Assembly (NCBI RefSeq): GCF_001194135.2
Contig: NC_068984.1
Coordinates: forward strand, 141,014,235-141,075,775
Source: Octopus bimaculoides
Taxonomy: Eukaryota
Direction of reading: 5' to 3'
Length of the DNA stretch: 61,541 nucleotides
Position numbers and translations under genes: made by a program. Under the pieces are notes generated by a model. The model worked only from the letters and a program-made list of their open reading frames with translations, made no database searches and was not told the origin of the DNA. Shown here piece after piece: positions 26,702 to 39,270 of the stretch (positions within the stretch are counted from its first letter, which is position 1; every line of letters starts with the position of its first letter).

Positions 26702-27725
26702 ATAATAATCATAGGAAAGTATTTATAAACCTATTTGTTATCGTCATAACTAGAACGATAAACAATCACTTCTACAAATACGTTGATAGATTGCCTTTGA
26801 AGATGGACATGGGCACGTTCCAGAAAATTGCAATATCATTATTTGTAAACATTGTTACGGCATTCTTTCTCAGTATTTGTTTATCTGGAATATCTGTGAC
26901 CTTGAACTTCCTTTTTAACGTTGGTCAACTTTATGCCTGTTTTCCGTTGAACATGTGGTAGAATTTTAATATCGTTTGTTAACTTTAGAAAATTTTAAAA
27001 CGGTTAACACATCCATTGATATAAGTCTTAATTAAAGATGTGTCTGAAAGCGAATTCAGCTATAAATAATAGCTTATTATATAGTGAGATAAACTCACCC
27101 ACTGGATGGAAAAACAAAAGGCGAAAAAAAAAAAAAGCTGCTTGCGGAGATCGAACCGCGTAACTTCTGCTGCCCAGATAGACATGCTACTGCTTAAACT
27201 CTAGCAGTTACCTGTCTACCTTCCATCAAATTAAACGCTTTGACCTTACGAACGAGAAAATTTGTTTACATTTAGAGCACAAATGTAGAAGCCTCGAGAA
27301 ATATGCCAATAGATCTATAAAGACATATTTCTTGATGCTCCTACATTCTAAATGTAAACGTTTTTCTATGAACATTTTCGTTAACATTGAACGCTTCGGT
27401 AAACATTTTCCATTGAACAAGTCATTGACAGTCGTCTGTTTCTTTTTCGTTTAACATTTTCCTTAAACGTGAATATCCTTGTTTAAACATAAGCATGTTT
27501 TATGCTGGTTTTCCAAGATGATTCCAGAAAAGAAACTCTTCGTGTAATTATCAAACCATGGATAATAAATATAATAATGAATTTTTTTCTTTGTTTTTAT
27601 TTTATTTATTTTCTTGTATTGTATAATGGGTTCTTTATTGGCAACAGGTGGAGAAATTACAAGAAAAGCTTTGCATTGTGCATGGTAAACAGGCTTGAAT
27701 AGGACAACAATAAAGTATAATTAAG

Positions 27726-27749
27726 ATGATGATGGTGATGATGACAATG

Positions 27750-27797
<48 letters not shown>

Positions 27798-27807
27798 TTA
27801 ATGATAT

Positions 27808-27862
<55 letters not shown>

Positions 27863-28345
27863 GANNNNNNNNNNGAAGAAGAAGAAGAAGAAGAAGAAGA
27901 AGAAAAAGAAAAAGAATAAGAAGAAAAAGAAGAAGAAGAAGAAGAAGAAGAAGAAGAAGAAGAAGAAGAAGAAGAAGAAGAAGAAGAAGAAGAAGAATGG
28001 TATAGTGGTAAAAGTTAGACGAAGAAAAAGAAGCTGAGAAGGAGAATGAGGCGGAAAAGAATGAGAAGATGGAAATTAAGGAAGAGAAGGAAAAGAAGGA
28101 AGTGAAGAAAGAGGAGGAGGAGGAAGAAGAGCAAGAGGAAGAGAAGAGGAGAAGGAGGAAGAAGGGGAAGAGAAAGAGGTGGAAGAGGAAGGAGAAGAGA
28201 AAGAGGTGGAGGATGAAGGAGAAGAGAAAGTGGAGGAAGAGGAAAATGAAGAAGAAGGGGAGGCGAAAGAAAAAAAAGAAGAGAAAAAGAAGAAGAAGAA
28301 GAAGAAGAAGAAGAAGAAGAAGAAGAAGAAGAAGAAGAAGAAGAG
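27726..28345. repeat. Compound (GAT)n/(AAT)n/(AAG)n and polypurine tract
   Basis: Read directly; source of the poly-I/N/K/E/R ORF artefacts. Confidence 0.95.
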
Positions 28346-29003
28346 AACGAGGAAGATGGATAGAAGAAATCAATAACGGAAACACAGAACTGGCAAAAAG
28401 AGAGACAAATACAACCAAAATGCAACGAAAGAAAAAAAAACAGAAAGTCGGCATCAAAAACCGCCTAAAACCAGAAATATTCGCTGACTGACAAAGAAGC
28501 CGTCGTTCTGAATAACAAGAACGATTGAATAAAGAAAGAGGTTTATTAAACTGTAATGATTTTTATCAAGAACTAAATAAAACTAAAATTGAAATCAATG
28601 TAAACAACAAAAGACAAAGAATTTAAAGATGGAGAAGAGACCATCACGGATGAGAATAATTAAAACAATAGGTACCACTGAACAATGGTGAGGAGTCATA
28701 TTGGTTCTAAGAAGTAACACAGGCGCTATTAAAAACGAACAACTGGAAGCTAAAGTTGAACAGTTCTGGTTGAAATACTTAACAGGCACACAGAAAGAGC
28801 TTGTAAAAATATTTAATGATTAACTGAAAGAACTAAAAAAAAAATTAACCGGAGGTAGGACTATCTGAATCCCAAAGATTGAAGAAATAACGAACGCCAA
28901 AAATATACAGGCTCGTAAAAAATGCTTGTTCAAAATAAAACCGTTAACTGCTATAATATCGCAGAAGATACATACTGACATGAAATATTAAGTATGTATT
29001 TTG

Positions 29004-29318
29004 TATACTGTTTATATTAGTAGGACTGATGTCCTCATCTTGATTGTTGCTCTCACTACATTTCGGCTGTTATACACTCCAATCTTCTTTAGGTGTCTTA
29101 CAAGTCTTGTATTGAACTTAGTTGTTGTACCAGGAGACGCAAAGAGCGAAGTGAGAACAATGTACCCGCATGGATGAAATAAAGAGTTTGGTTCGAATTT
29201 CTGATACAACAGCCGAATTCATCACAAGACACCTGAAGACGGCTGGAGCACACAACAGCCGAAATTGTGAAGCAACAAACAAGATAAGGACACCAGTCAG
29301 ACTAATATGAATAGTATA
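29004..29318. mobile_element. Head-to-head inverted pair of Penelope-like terminal repeats carrying hammerhead-type motifs
   Basis: About 95-bp arms at 29004-29100 (-) and 29226-29318 (+). The + arm has CTGAAGA-C-GGCTG-(10 nt)-CAGCC-GAAA at 29233-29264. Confidence 0.65.
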
Positions 29319-30220
29319 AGAAGGAAGAGGGGATTGAGCTTGGACTGGATTGATTACCTGAAGTCTTTTTAACAGTACTCGCCACGCATGAATTGTGGAA
29401 ACATCAGCCATTAGTAACGACAGAATTATAATAAATGATAATAAACGGAGAGACCAATGATCAGGAAGAAATGATAAATCTGTAGGTTCAAGTGAAAGAA
29501 GGAACAATTAAAACAAATCCATTGGAAGAGAAATATTCGAAGGGAATTCCTCTTTTCCACTTCTTTGTTATCTCGTTTTAAAAACTTTAACATGCTAAAG
29601 CAGATTAGACACCAATACGAATGCTATGAGAGGACAATCAACCATTCTTGTATATGGATTATATTGAGCAGTGTATAGATACAGCAGAGAAACTAACAGG
29701 AAATTCGGTTTTAGAAAATACATCAAGACAACCTGGAAGAGAAGAAAATTAATAAAAACTACTTATATATTATTAAGGAAATATAGATAAGAATTTTTAA
29801 AAAATACTTAGGAATTAATGAACTAAATAAAACACAGTCAAAGCACTTGGAAGGATTATAGACAAATTAAATTAATATTTAAAACGAGGCCAAATGCCAA
29901 AATATATGGTAAGATGTGTCGATAGATTAGCTAGTATTATGTTACACCTGGAAGCTAGAGCTAGATTGAAAAAAACACTGATTATATTGTTTAGAATGTA
30001 CTTAAAGGATATATACTACTCAAAAGCCGACACAAAAAGAATATAGAAGATATGGGTATTGGGAAACGAGAAAATTTGTATGAAATATCTATTGCAAGAC
30101 TACGAAAATATTTAGTAAACATTAAAAGAAACTTAGACGTTTGCGTAAGTTTCCTTTCAATTGCTATAAAAAAATGAACAAAGCAAATAAAAGTTATGTC
30201 TTTAAAGAAACCAACGAATA

Positions 30221-30421
30221 CGAGGTGCGTTCAAGAAGTATCCGACTTTATTTATTCCTGCCAAGACTAATGCCGTGTGGGCAAAATCCTTTGGATGAAA
30301 AGTGACACCACCTTTCCTGCACATGCCTGAAAATATTTTCGTGCCGGTAGGCTAAATAATTTCTCGGCTGTTGCGTTTAGAGTACAACGTGTAACGTAGA
30401 TACTTTTTTGAACGCATCTCT
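30221..30421. mobile_element. Mariner-type MITE nested in R4 copy 2
   Basis: TA|CGAGGTGCGTTCAAGAAGTA ... TACTTTTTTGAACGCATCTCT|TA. Confidence 0.8.
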
Positions 30422-31413
30422 TACTATATAAAAGCTAAGATACCAGTGAGACATTGGGGAAAAAGAGAAACAACAAGCTTACGATGAAGCCATATGCTAA
30501 GCTACAAATTGGGTTACAGTACACCATGGTAAGAAATTTTCAGGAAAAGTCCTTCCTTAAATACTGGATAAGACTGAAGAAAGTGGAAATAGATGAAGAA
30601 AAATCACAACAAAATTGAATATAAGAGCAAAATCGCTTCATAGGTGAGGGTTGGGATGAAACAAGTATGTTGTTTCTAGTTGCCGAGGTTTAATCAAGAA
30701 GACACGCATACGCTGGAATGGCTGAGTTAGATATTTCGGGAACTGGAAATTATACCATCTTTATGAAATGCAAAAGGACGAGGTCGGTCAAGTGAAACAG
30801 ACAAAAAGATTAAGACAAAATGGCCGTCACGATATTATCAAAGATTACCAAGGAAAGAAATCTTTCTCAACGTTTGTAACAAATTCAACAGACAACAACG
30901 TATTTCTAAAAATGGAGAAATTACCCAATTATAATGTGGAAATAGAAACCATTTGGTTATATGAACTTAAAATGAAGCGATCTCCATAATAACAGATGCC
31001 TTTGGGAATGATAGCAATAAAGATGTAGATATGTACATAATCAACATCCTTGAACGTAGACATACACACAACATACAATAAACATTATAAACACGTATCA
31101 CATAGAATACTTTACATACAATAACAAACACAAAAAACGACACAAAAACGTTTGACACACTCTAATTACACAGAAATGATTGTGCAGAGAAAAAAGCACG
31201 AAAAACAGCAAGACTAACGGGAAAAAGTAATTATAAAAACAAAGAAACAAAAAAAGTGAGCATTTAAAAAAAATAATAATAATCAGATTTGTGGAGTTGC
31301 GGAGGTTGAAAAATGAAGGCGTGGAGGAATTGCTAGGAAACATATTTAATGAATCATGAACCACGACTAACTGGTGAAAGAGTTATCATATATTATATTA
31401 TATCATATGATAG

Positions 31414-31467
<54 letters not shown>

Positions 31468-31621
31468 ATTCGAAAACTNNNNNNNNNNATGCTGACCATT
31501 AATTGAGCAAGTTTCTCGTTTGATTATAAAATGAAGGAACTTGTTTTTTTATATATTCCTTATTGGTAAATGTGTATCGACTACGTCCACGAGGTTTGTA
31601 TGAGTTCATTTCTCATTCCCA

Positions 31622-31670
<49 letters not shown>

Positions 31671-32231
31671 ATTCGAAAACTTGATTGTCTTTTGATCACA
31701 CTACAACGGATAGTTTCAGCATAATCGGTTCTTCAAGTAATCATTTTAATCCACCTCAATTCATGGATTGCTGAGACAAGTGATTTTGAATGTGTGTACA
31801 CTTCTACACGTACACCCGCACAAACATACATACATGCACGCACGCACGCACACACGCGTATAGATAGAAAGAAGGATGAACAGATAGATAGAATTAGATT
31901 GAAACAACTAAATACACGTATAAGCTAATCTAGAAATATTCCTATATCGTCAAGTTTAGGATGAAACGCATGATTCAGCACTGGTGTAAGAAAAACATTG
32001 ATAAATATATTTTAAAATTACAAAACTAAATTTTAGCCGAGATGCAGACACGTTGTATTAAGCATTATATACGTGTTGCTATTTTAAGTATTTATTTTCT
32101 TTAATATTCTAGTATTGATCTGTCTATCATATGTATTCTCTTCTGTAAAACCTATTTCCATCTCAAGCACCATGGTTAAATTGTGGGTATGATATCCTTG
32201 CAGTTTATTATTTTTATTATATAACGTTGGT

Positions 32232-32430
32232 GTGGAGGCGCAATGGCCCAGTGGTTAGGGCAGCAGACTCGCGGTCGTAGGATCGCAGTTTCGATTCCAA
32301 GATCGGGCGTTGTGAGTATCTACTGAGCGAAAACACCTAAAGCTCCACGAGGCTCCAGCAGGGGGTGGTGGTGACCCCTGCTGTACCCATTCACTACAAC
32401 TTTCTCTCACTCTTTCTTCTTGTTTCTGTA
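32232..32430 (+). mobile_element. SINE family A, 5' half
   Basis: tggaggcgcaatggcccagtggttagggcagcagactcgcgg head; similarity ends about 32430. Confidence 0.85.
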
Positions 32431-33132
32431 AGATAGAGTGAAATACTTTTTCATACAACACAGAGTAAATATGACGAACAATGCAACATATTAATATCAA
32501 TCAAATTAAACGTTTAAAATAGGGACGAAAGTAAAGTAGAGTGTCTCCTCTCGGCTAGATATTATTCTTACACCATTCAATTGTAACAGTGTTTCCGTAC
32601 ATCAGCTATCAGATCTTTACAGAGTTATAGGAATATTCACGTGTAAAGTCACTAGACAAGGTAAGCAAATGTATGGAGTAGGATACGTGTATAGCTTATT
32701 GTTTCAATTTCTTTTCTCGGAATCATGAAAATAGACAAAATAAAAAAAAAATTCTTGGAGAACCACTAACACTGTGGATAGTTCAAGAACCTTTTTCATT
32801 AATTTTTTTTACTTTATTGTTACCTCAGCAATCAAGGTATAAGTGTGAATTAAAATAATCACCTGAAGAACTGATTTCAATAAAGCTACTAGTTGTAATA
32901 TATCGAAGACACTTGGAGAAAGTTTTCTGTTGGTTAACATTATTTTCCTAACACACACTCACATATGTATATGTGTAACTGTGGCCTCTAAGCCACACAT
33001 TGATTGGTCAAAGTACAGTTTGTAAGATTCAGCCTGCTGGAGCCCATCGGAGGGTATTTAAAGGAAAATCTAACGATTTCAAGACAATTGTCAATTGTGG
33101 AACACGACTGTCACTACATAACCCTGATGATT

Positions 33133-33320
33133 CTTTTCTACTCTAGGCACAAGGCCCGAATTTTTGGAGAGGGGGCCATTCGATTAGATCGACTCCAGTA
33201 CGCAACTGGTACTTGATTTATTGACCCCGAAAGGAATTTGAACTAAGAACGTAAAGACAGATGAAATACCGCGAAACATTTCGCCCGGCGTGTTAACGTT
33301 TCTGCCAGCTCGACGCCTTA
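33133..33320 (-). mobile_element. SINE family B with 17-bp TSD
   Basis: TSD acataaccctgatgatt (33116-33132) and acataaacctgacgatt (33321-33337). Confidence 0.87.
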
Positions 33321-33876
33321 ACATAAACCTGACGATTGCGCAACACATGAAAGCACTAGTTTATTTCAATGTTGTAAAATTGTAAAAATTGTAAATAATA
33401 AAATGTGAAAATCAGACTAAGCTGGAATTTCATTTGTTACTATATTCTTCACGTGCACTTATAGATGTATATACATACACACATTAGTTTGTGTGCGTGT
33501 GCGCGTGTTTTCATGTCTGTTTTTATGCATACAAAAGTCTACGAACTGGTATTTAATTATGCTGTATCCCTTTATGTCTTGTAAGGTTGTGGTCTGACAA
33601 TCTGATATCGATAAAATCAGTCTCAGACTGAAATGTTTACTTGGGTCGATATGACCAACTAAACCTTGAAGTTGGTGCCCCAGTTTGGCCACAGTCCCAT
33701 GACTGAAAGCTGTAAAAGAATGCCTGAACTGTATCCAACATGTCTCTGTGGTTTATCGTAAACTCTAGATGTTTATATAATCGGTCTACAGCTCAAAACA
33801 CATTTATGATTGTAGCCATTACAGACGACGCCTCATAAAACTTTAAAAAAGCCTTGTCTATTCAACGCTAAAGAAT

Positions 33877-34021
33877 CTTTTCTACTCTAGGCACAAGGCT
33901 CGAAATTTTTAGACGACCCCAGTACGCAACTGGTACTTAATTTATCGACCCCGAAAGGGTGAAAGGCAAAGTTGACCTCGGCGGAATTTGAACTCAGAAC
34001 GTAAAGACAGACGAAATACCC
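33877..34021 (-). mobile_element. SINE family B, 5'-truncated, with perfect 15-bp TSD
   Basis: tcaacgctaaagaat at 33862-33876 and 34022-34036, as expected for target-primed reverse transcription. Confidence 0.88.
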
Positions 34022-34686
34022 TCAACGCTAAAGAATGATATTCATATCCTCCTATCAGCAGTCTGAATATTTCTGAGTAACAAATAATTTGGAACAAATT
34101 GCAGACCATCAAAATCATTTTTAAACTTTTACTCTCGCAACACACGACACAAACATCGATCGTCTACACAACAAAACTAATAAAAACAAAATTATTTCAT
34201 TGGAAAGTTACCTAGATAAACGTGGAATAATATACGTTACGGTTTTTGTTCTGTCTCTTTTGTTCTGTGTAGGAATCTTATCGCGGTTAAATTTGTATTT
34301 ATTCCTTCCAAATTAATGAAATACATTACAAGTATGCGCTGGAGTCAGCTTAAACGACTACCACTCACCCTCGCCGCCACCTCCATTATACAAACATATG
34401 TGATTCTATACCTGTGTTAGAAATTATTTTAATCATGGGACGAGATAAATTCAAAACACATGTACACCATAATAGCGATATTAGTAATGTTTTAGGACCA
34501 CTTCTTTTTTATAGACTTATTATACCTTCTAATATAATCATTTATAAGCCAAACATTAATGTTCACACAGGGTGTCTTTCTTTCACCAGCCCTTATTGAA
34601 AGCAAACCACGAATCTCCCTATACATTACAAATAGCCTAGTAACAATGTGGCACCTCGACTCCCGCTAAACATCTCAAGCAATCTA

Positions 34687-34767
34687 CGGAATTTGAACTC
34701 AGAACGTAACGAAATACCGCTAAGCATTTCGCCCGGCGTGCTAATGTTTCTGCCAGCTCGCCGCCTT
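34687..34767 (-). mobile_element. SINE family B 5' fragment
   Basis: ggaatttgaactcagaacgtaacgaaataccgctaagcatttcgcccggcgtgctaatgtttctgccagctcgccgcctt. Confidence 0.85.
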
Positions 34768-35279
34768 CGACACTAAATATGTCACCAGTAAATACTAAAG
34801 AATTGGCGAACGAAATACAGCACATCCATTCGTACATAATTTTCTATGTGACTCTAAAAATCAAGAATAGGTCCAAGCTAGCCATCCCGCTCACTTAGCT
34901 CTAAACTTGTCCACAACCTGTATATAATTAATATCAGAGAATCTCTTCACGAAGTTGCTATGATAGCACAACTTTTAATCAAAGATGTTCCTTCCAAGCA
35001 TGACCATCTGTATAGAATACTTACATCTCTATTATTCAGTAAGTCTTTCTTGTTTTATGATAATAGTATAAGGTTTGAAGGCGATTCGGTTGCTATTTCT
35101 AGAAACACCCTTCGTCTCATTGATATAAAATGATATATTAACAAAATCAATGCCTTATACCAAGAATATTTTAATCTTGTATTTTCTATTTCCAATTCTT
35201 GTGGCCCACATCTAAATTTCCTACAAAATACTGATAAACTTCTACAACTAAACATTCTACTTACTTCGACCGAAATGTA

Positions 35280-35541
35280 GACAGCTGCCATACTTTTGAC
35301 AGCTGCCATACTTTTGACAGCTGCCATACTTTTGACAGCTGCCATACTTTTGACAGCTGCCATACTTTTGACAGCTGCCATACTTTTGACAGCTGCCATA
35401 CTTTTGACAGCTGCCATACTTTTGACAGCTGCCATACTTTTGACAGCTGCCATACTTTTGACAGCTGCCATACTCTTGACAGCTGCCATACTTTTGACAG
35501 CTGCCATACTTTTGACAGCTGCCATACTTTTGACAGCTGCC
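35280..35541. repeat. Minisatellite (GACAGCTGCCATACTTTT) x14.5
   Basis: 18-bp unit; 14 full copies plus 10 bp; a single variant base at 35475. Confidence 0.97.
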
Positions 35542-38500
35542 TTGTTTAAAGTTTAAAGATTTCTTGTTTTTCAAGACACTACTTTTTCTGAATGAAATTA
35601 TCTTATTCTTTGTTTCTTCTTTTCCTTTTAATACCTCTTTTGTTCTTTTATGTTTATCCGTTCTTCTAACCGAAGATATACCAAAAAAGGGATGCCGTCG
35701 TCAGAAACGAAATATGCACTTCTATCTTGAGTTCAAAACCTCGGCCTATTTTATGTACTTCGCTTTTCCTCTACGTTGGGAAAAGTTACAATATCTGGGG
35801 AAATCATCTGCAAAAGACTGGCATCCTATCAAAGATATATTTTTATCAGTTTACCTGTTTAAAATCGAATAATTGCAGGGCAAACTTCTTAACATTCCCT
35901 ATTACAGACGTGCTGTTTCCCCCACCGCTCTCTCTGCTTTTTCTGGCGCTACTTCAGAAGTCTACGTTCCTCGTATCTGAATGTCCCAGCCAAGCATTCT
36001 AGACTTACTGGTTACCCCTAATTTCCTTATCCTTAGTATGTCTCCAAACCACAAGGTCCCACTCAATGCCCAGTCCATTCCATCAACGTCAACCTCTCAA
36101 GATTTCTCTTCGTGCAAATGGCTTTCTTTCTTCAGAAATCGCTTGTATACAACAGTTCAAGTATAAAACCTTAACGACATCGGTTTTGTCGGTCTTGGAG
36201 GCTCTGGGAAGGCTATGAACACACCCCCTTCTTCTAAACTAAACTAAACACGTAGCTCCTTCTTCTAAACCAGACTAAAGAGTTAATTTGCGGTCCTAAT
36301 GAATATTTCGGAGGAACTAAGTTGTTACATTGAATATTGTTTTTTCTTTTGCTATCGTACAAGAATTTTCTCTCTGTGTTGTTGATTGAGCTACTTACTG
36401 TAGATTAATATATATTCATAGAAGCCACATGTTAGCAGAATATACTGGAAGCCAAATAAAAAGAAAATGTTGTACAAATAAGAATCAAAGATCTAGTTAA
36501 TGATAATCAGAGTGCACTTCGATATTTATTGCCGTTTCAGCAGCATGGTTCGAACATAGGACAATATACGTATGTGTGTGTACATAGTACCAACGGTTAG
36601 AAGATCCTTTGAATCGCTAAGATATGTGTGAAAAAAAGTGAGTGAAAGAAACGTAGAAACTTGCTCAATGAATGGTTTTTTTATAATATTTTAAATAATT
36701 ATCTGAAAATAAAATTCTTGAAAGGCAATGGCTTAATTTCAATCCGGTTTTAATACGCGAACATTGCTGGTTTAGTTTATTTTTCTTCGATAAGAATAGT
36801 TTGTTGGTAGTTGTTGAACAGTTCTCACTCCAAAACTCCCAAATGACATTCAACAATTCAAACAAAAACACCAACCATACCAATCTCACCTCTTCATCAC
36901 ATTCTTCTGCTCCAGAAGGGCTTCCATAGACTATAGACCGAGCGCCCTTCCTCTTTGGAACAGCACATGAACACCTCTCGTCCTGTTATTCATCTGCAAC
37001 GGAAGAAGTCTTAACACAAGTTAATTTTTCCCTTTTAAATGCAGCAGACTATTTCGAGTGACCTTTTCTCTTTTGCAGGAAACAACAGAACAGAATGAGA
37101 GTTGATGACACGTATCGACGAACGTGCAGTCTACAGGCCGTCACCACTGTGGAGAGGTACTTCAATGTTTTGTAGAATCTCTGCGATTAGAACCAGATGT
37201 ATCACTGCCGATGTCCAACTGGAGTCTCCCTTTGAACCAGTCTCCTTCACTTTACAAAGATCTCGTCACTTACCTTATGACACCGAACTTACCTTCATTA
37301 AGAAGCAAAGTGTTAATTGTTAATAAAATTGATCCTGCCAAAACAACATTTTATTCAGTTTTCACCTGAGAGCTAACTCTAACTCCCGATTTAGGAATTT
37401 GTAGTGGCTGTTGTATAGACCCAGGTCTGTTCTAATTCAGCAGGCCTATGACTAAAGACAATCTAGTTATGACCATCCTATCTTATTCACTTATCCACAC
37501 AACAGTGTATCCACACAACAGTGTATTATGCAAACTGTCCTGCCCCTTTCAAGTAGGTAGGGTGTGGTCTGAGGGGGATTTGGCTGTTATTTCTACCAGG
37601 TCAACCGGCGACACAGAGTTCTTCTCCAATAATAAGAACAAATTTAAGGTATTTAGCTCTTGTTAGTAATCTCTGATCGAGCTAATATATGACAAAAGAC
37701 GTTACAACTTTGACTTTTCCTTAATTTACCGTAAATAGGAAAACAATATGTAATCAGTCTTTCGTTCATCGAAGATGATACGAAATAATTTGAGGAAGAT
37801 TTGGCTATTATTTCTAAAATTTGAGGGAGATTTGGCTATTATTTCAAATGATTATGTAGTGTCTCACTTGATTTTCGGACGAGCTGCAAGTTATTTGACA
37901 ATGGTGTTAGTCTCAAGATGGACAATCTCAGTTATTCAGGATCTTTGTGATATAAGAGGTAATATTACAGAAGTTTAACCGTCGAAATAACAACCTAGAA
38001 ATTGGCGTATCCCGCCCAAGTACATAAAGAAATGTTTTTAACAGATTTTGTCTTCGGACCTATATTTTTGTAGTTCAATAACTTTCGGTTATGAGATCGT
38101 TGTCATAAAGGGAATTTCCAAGTGGTATGCCATAAAGCAACCGAGATTTCGTTTACACCCTTACAACAAACGAAGTGGATCAGAAGCTTCCCTCTTGCAA
38201 ATGATATCATCAGAGAACTTGACAATTGTTTTAGCGCAACTAAGAAACTAAGGAAAGTCGAGTAATTCTTTCAAAGATTTATATGGATCAATATTTTATT
38301 TTCTGGTGTTTTATTCAAATTTTCTTGGTCTAGGACTTATTTCCCATGTCTGAGAGTAGCTTTAAGCCCCGACATTGGATAGCGGATAGAATATTGTAGA
38401 TATTTCGCCCCCCAAAAACCGGGTATCAGCTATTTCTGACAGCCAGCTTTAAAACATGGATTCTGGAAATGCTCGATGCAAAATGTAAGTGAATCGTCCA

Positions 38501-38615
38501 AATACTCAAAGGAGAGTTTTCAACAGATTCCAAAGTAGGACCCATATTCTCTCGTAGGTTCAATAACTTATCCATTTCGTTACTACAAATCATAAATTAC
38601 AATATATATATTTAT

Positions 38616-38941
38616 ATATATTGTATAAAAGATCGTGGATAAGGCCAAAACAATGTGAAGTAAATGCAAGGTAAATTACAAGAGAACAAATATATGAATT
38701 AATGTAGACTTACCTTGTATTCAATATTTCGGGGTTATGGTCCCATTTTCAAGAAATTGACGAATGTTGCCGATGTGCGCACATCGGCAACATTCGTCAA
38801 TTTCTTGAAAATGGGACCATAACCCCGAAATATTGAATACAAGGTAAGTCTACATTAATTCACATATTTGTTTTCTTGTGATTTACCTTGCATTTACTTC
38901 GCATTGTTTTGGCCTTACCCACGATATTTTATACAATATAT
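38616..38941. repeat. 326-bp palindrome (163-bp arms, no spacer)
   Basis: Centre between 38778 and 38779 (gatgtgc|gcacatc). Inner 84 bp perfectly complementary; 6 mismatches in the outer 79 bp. Confidence 0.95.
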
Positions 38942-38970
38942 TATACACAACGCTTCACAGTAATTATTCC

Positions 38971-39018
<48 letters not shown>

Positions 39019-39229
39019 TATAGTATACACAGTAAGAATAAGTTCTCAGCCTCACATTTGATAAATGTTCTTCATTTATGTATTAACAATGTTACCAATA
39101 GTTACATGTGAGAGTATTTCCACAATTCTCGAGTTTGAAAATTGTGCAAATTCTAACCACGGGAAACCATTGATAGCCTTGTTAGTCCACAACAAAAATA
39201 TGGATGTGTGCCTTTGTGTGTGTGTATAC

Positions 39230-39270
<41 letters not shown>

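Larger units (their letters stand above)
28590..31060 (+). mobile_element. Decayed R4/Dong-type retrotransposon copy 2 with nested insertions
   Basis: FWLKYLTGTQ..GRTI.IPK, LDWIDYLKSF, NH..LYMDY (YMDD), KYLGINE, QEKSFLKYW..EIDEEKSQQ, IKDYQGKK..DNNVFLK.EKLPNY..LGMI. Contains a Penelope-type inverted repeat and a MITE. Confidence 0.8.

Noticed and set aside
27136-27209. tRNA-like sequence on the minus strand (GGTTCGATC B-box, partial acceptor stem, followed by a T-run)
   Set aside because: D-arm, anticodon arm and T-arm do not pair properly and no anticodon can be assigned; a SINE-head or pseudogene relic at best.
31420-31680. Direct duplication of (TA)n(TG)n-tattcgaaaact on either side of a 10-N gap
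   Set aside because: Typical unmerged contig-end overlap at a scaffold join; probably an artefact.
35055-35574. ORFs with MAAVKS/KYGSCQ/TAAILL repeats; CRISPR-like appearance
   Set aside because: An 18-bp head-to-tail tandem array with no spacers; open frames follow from unit length divisible by 3.
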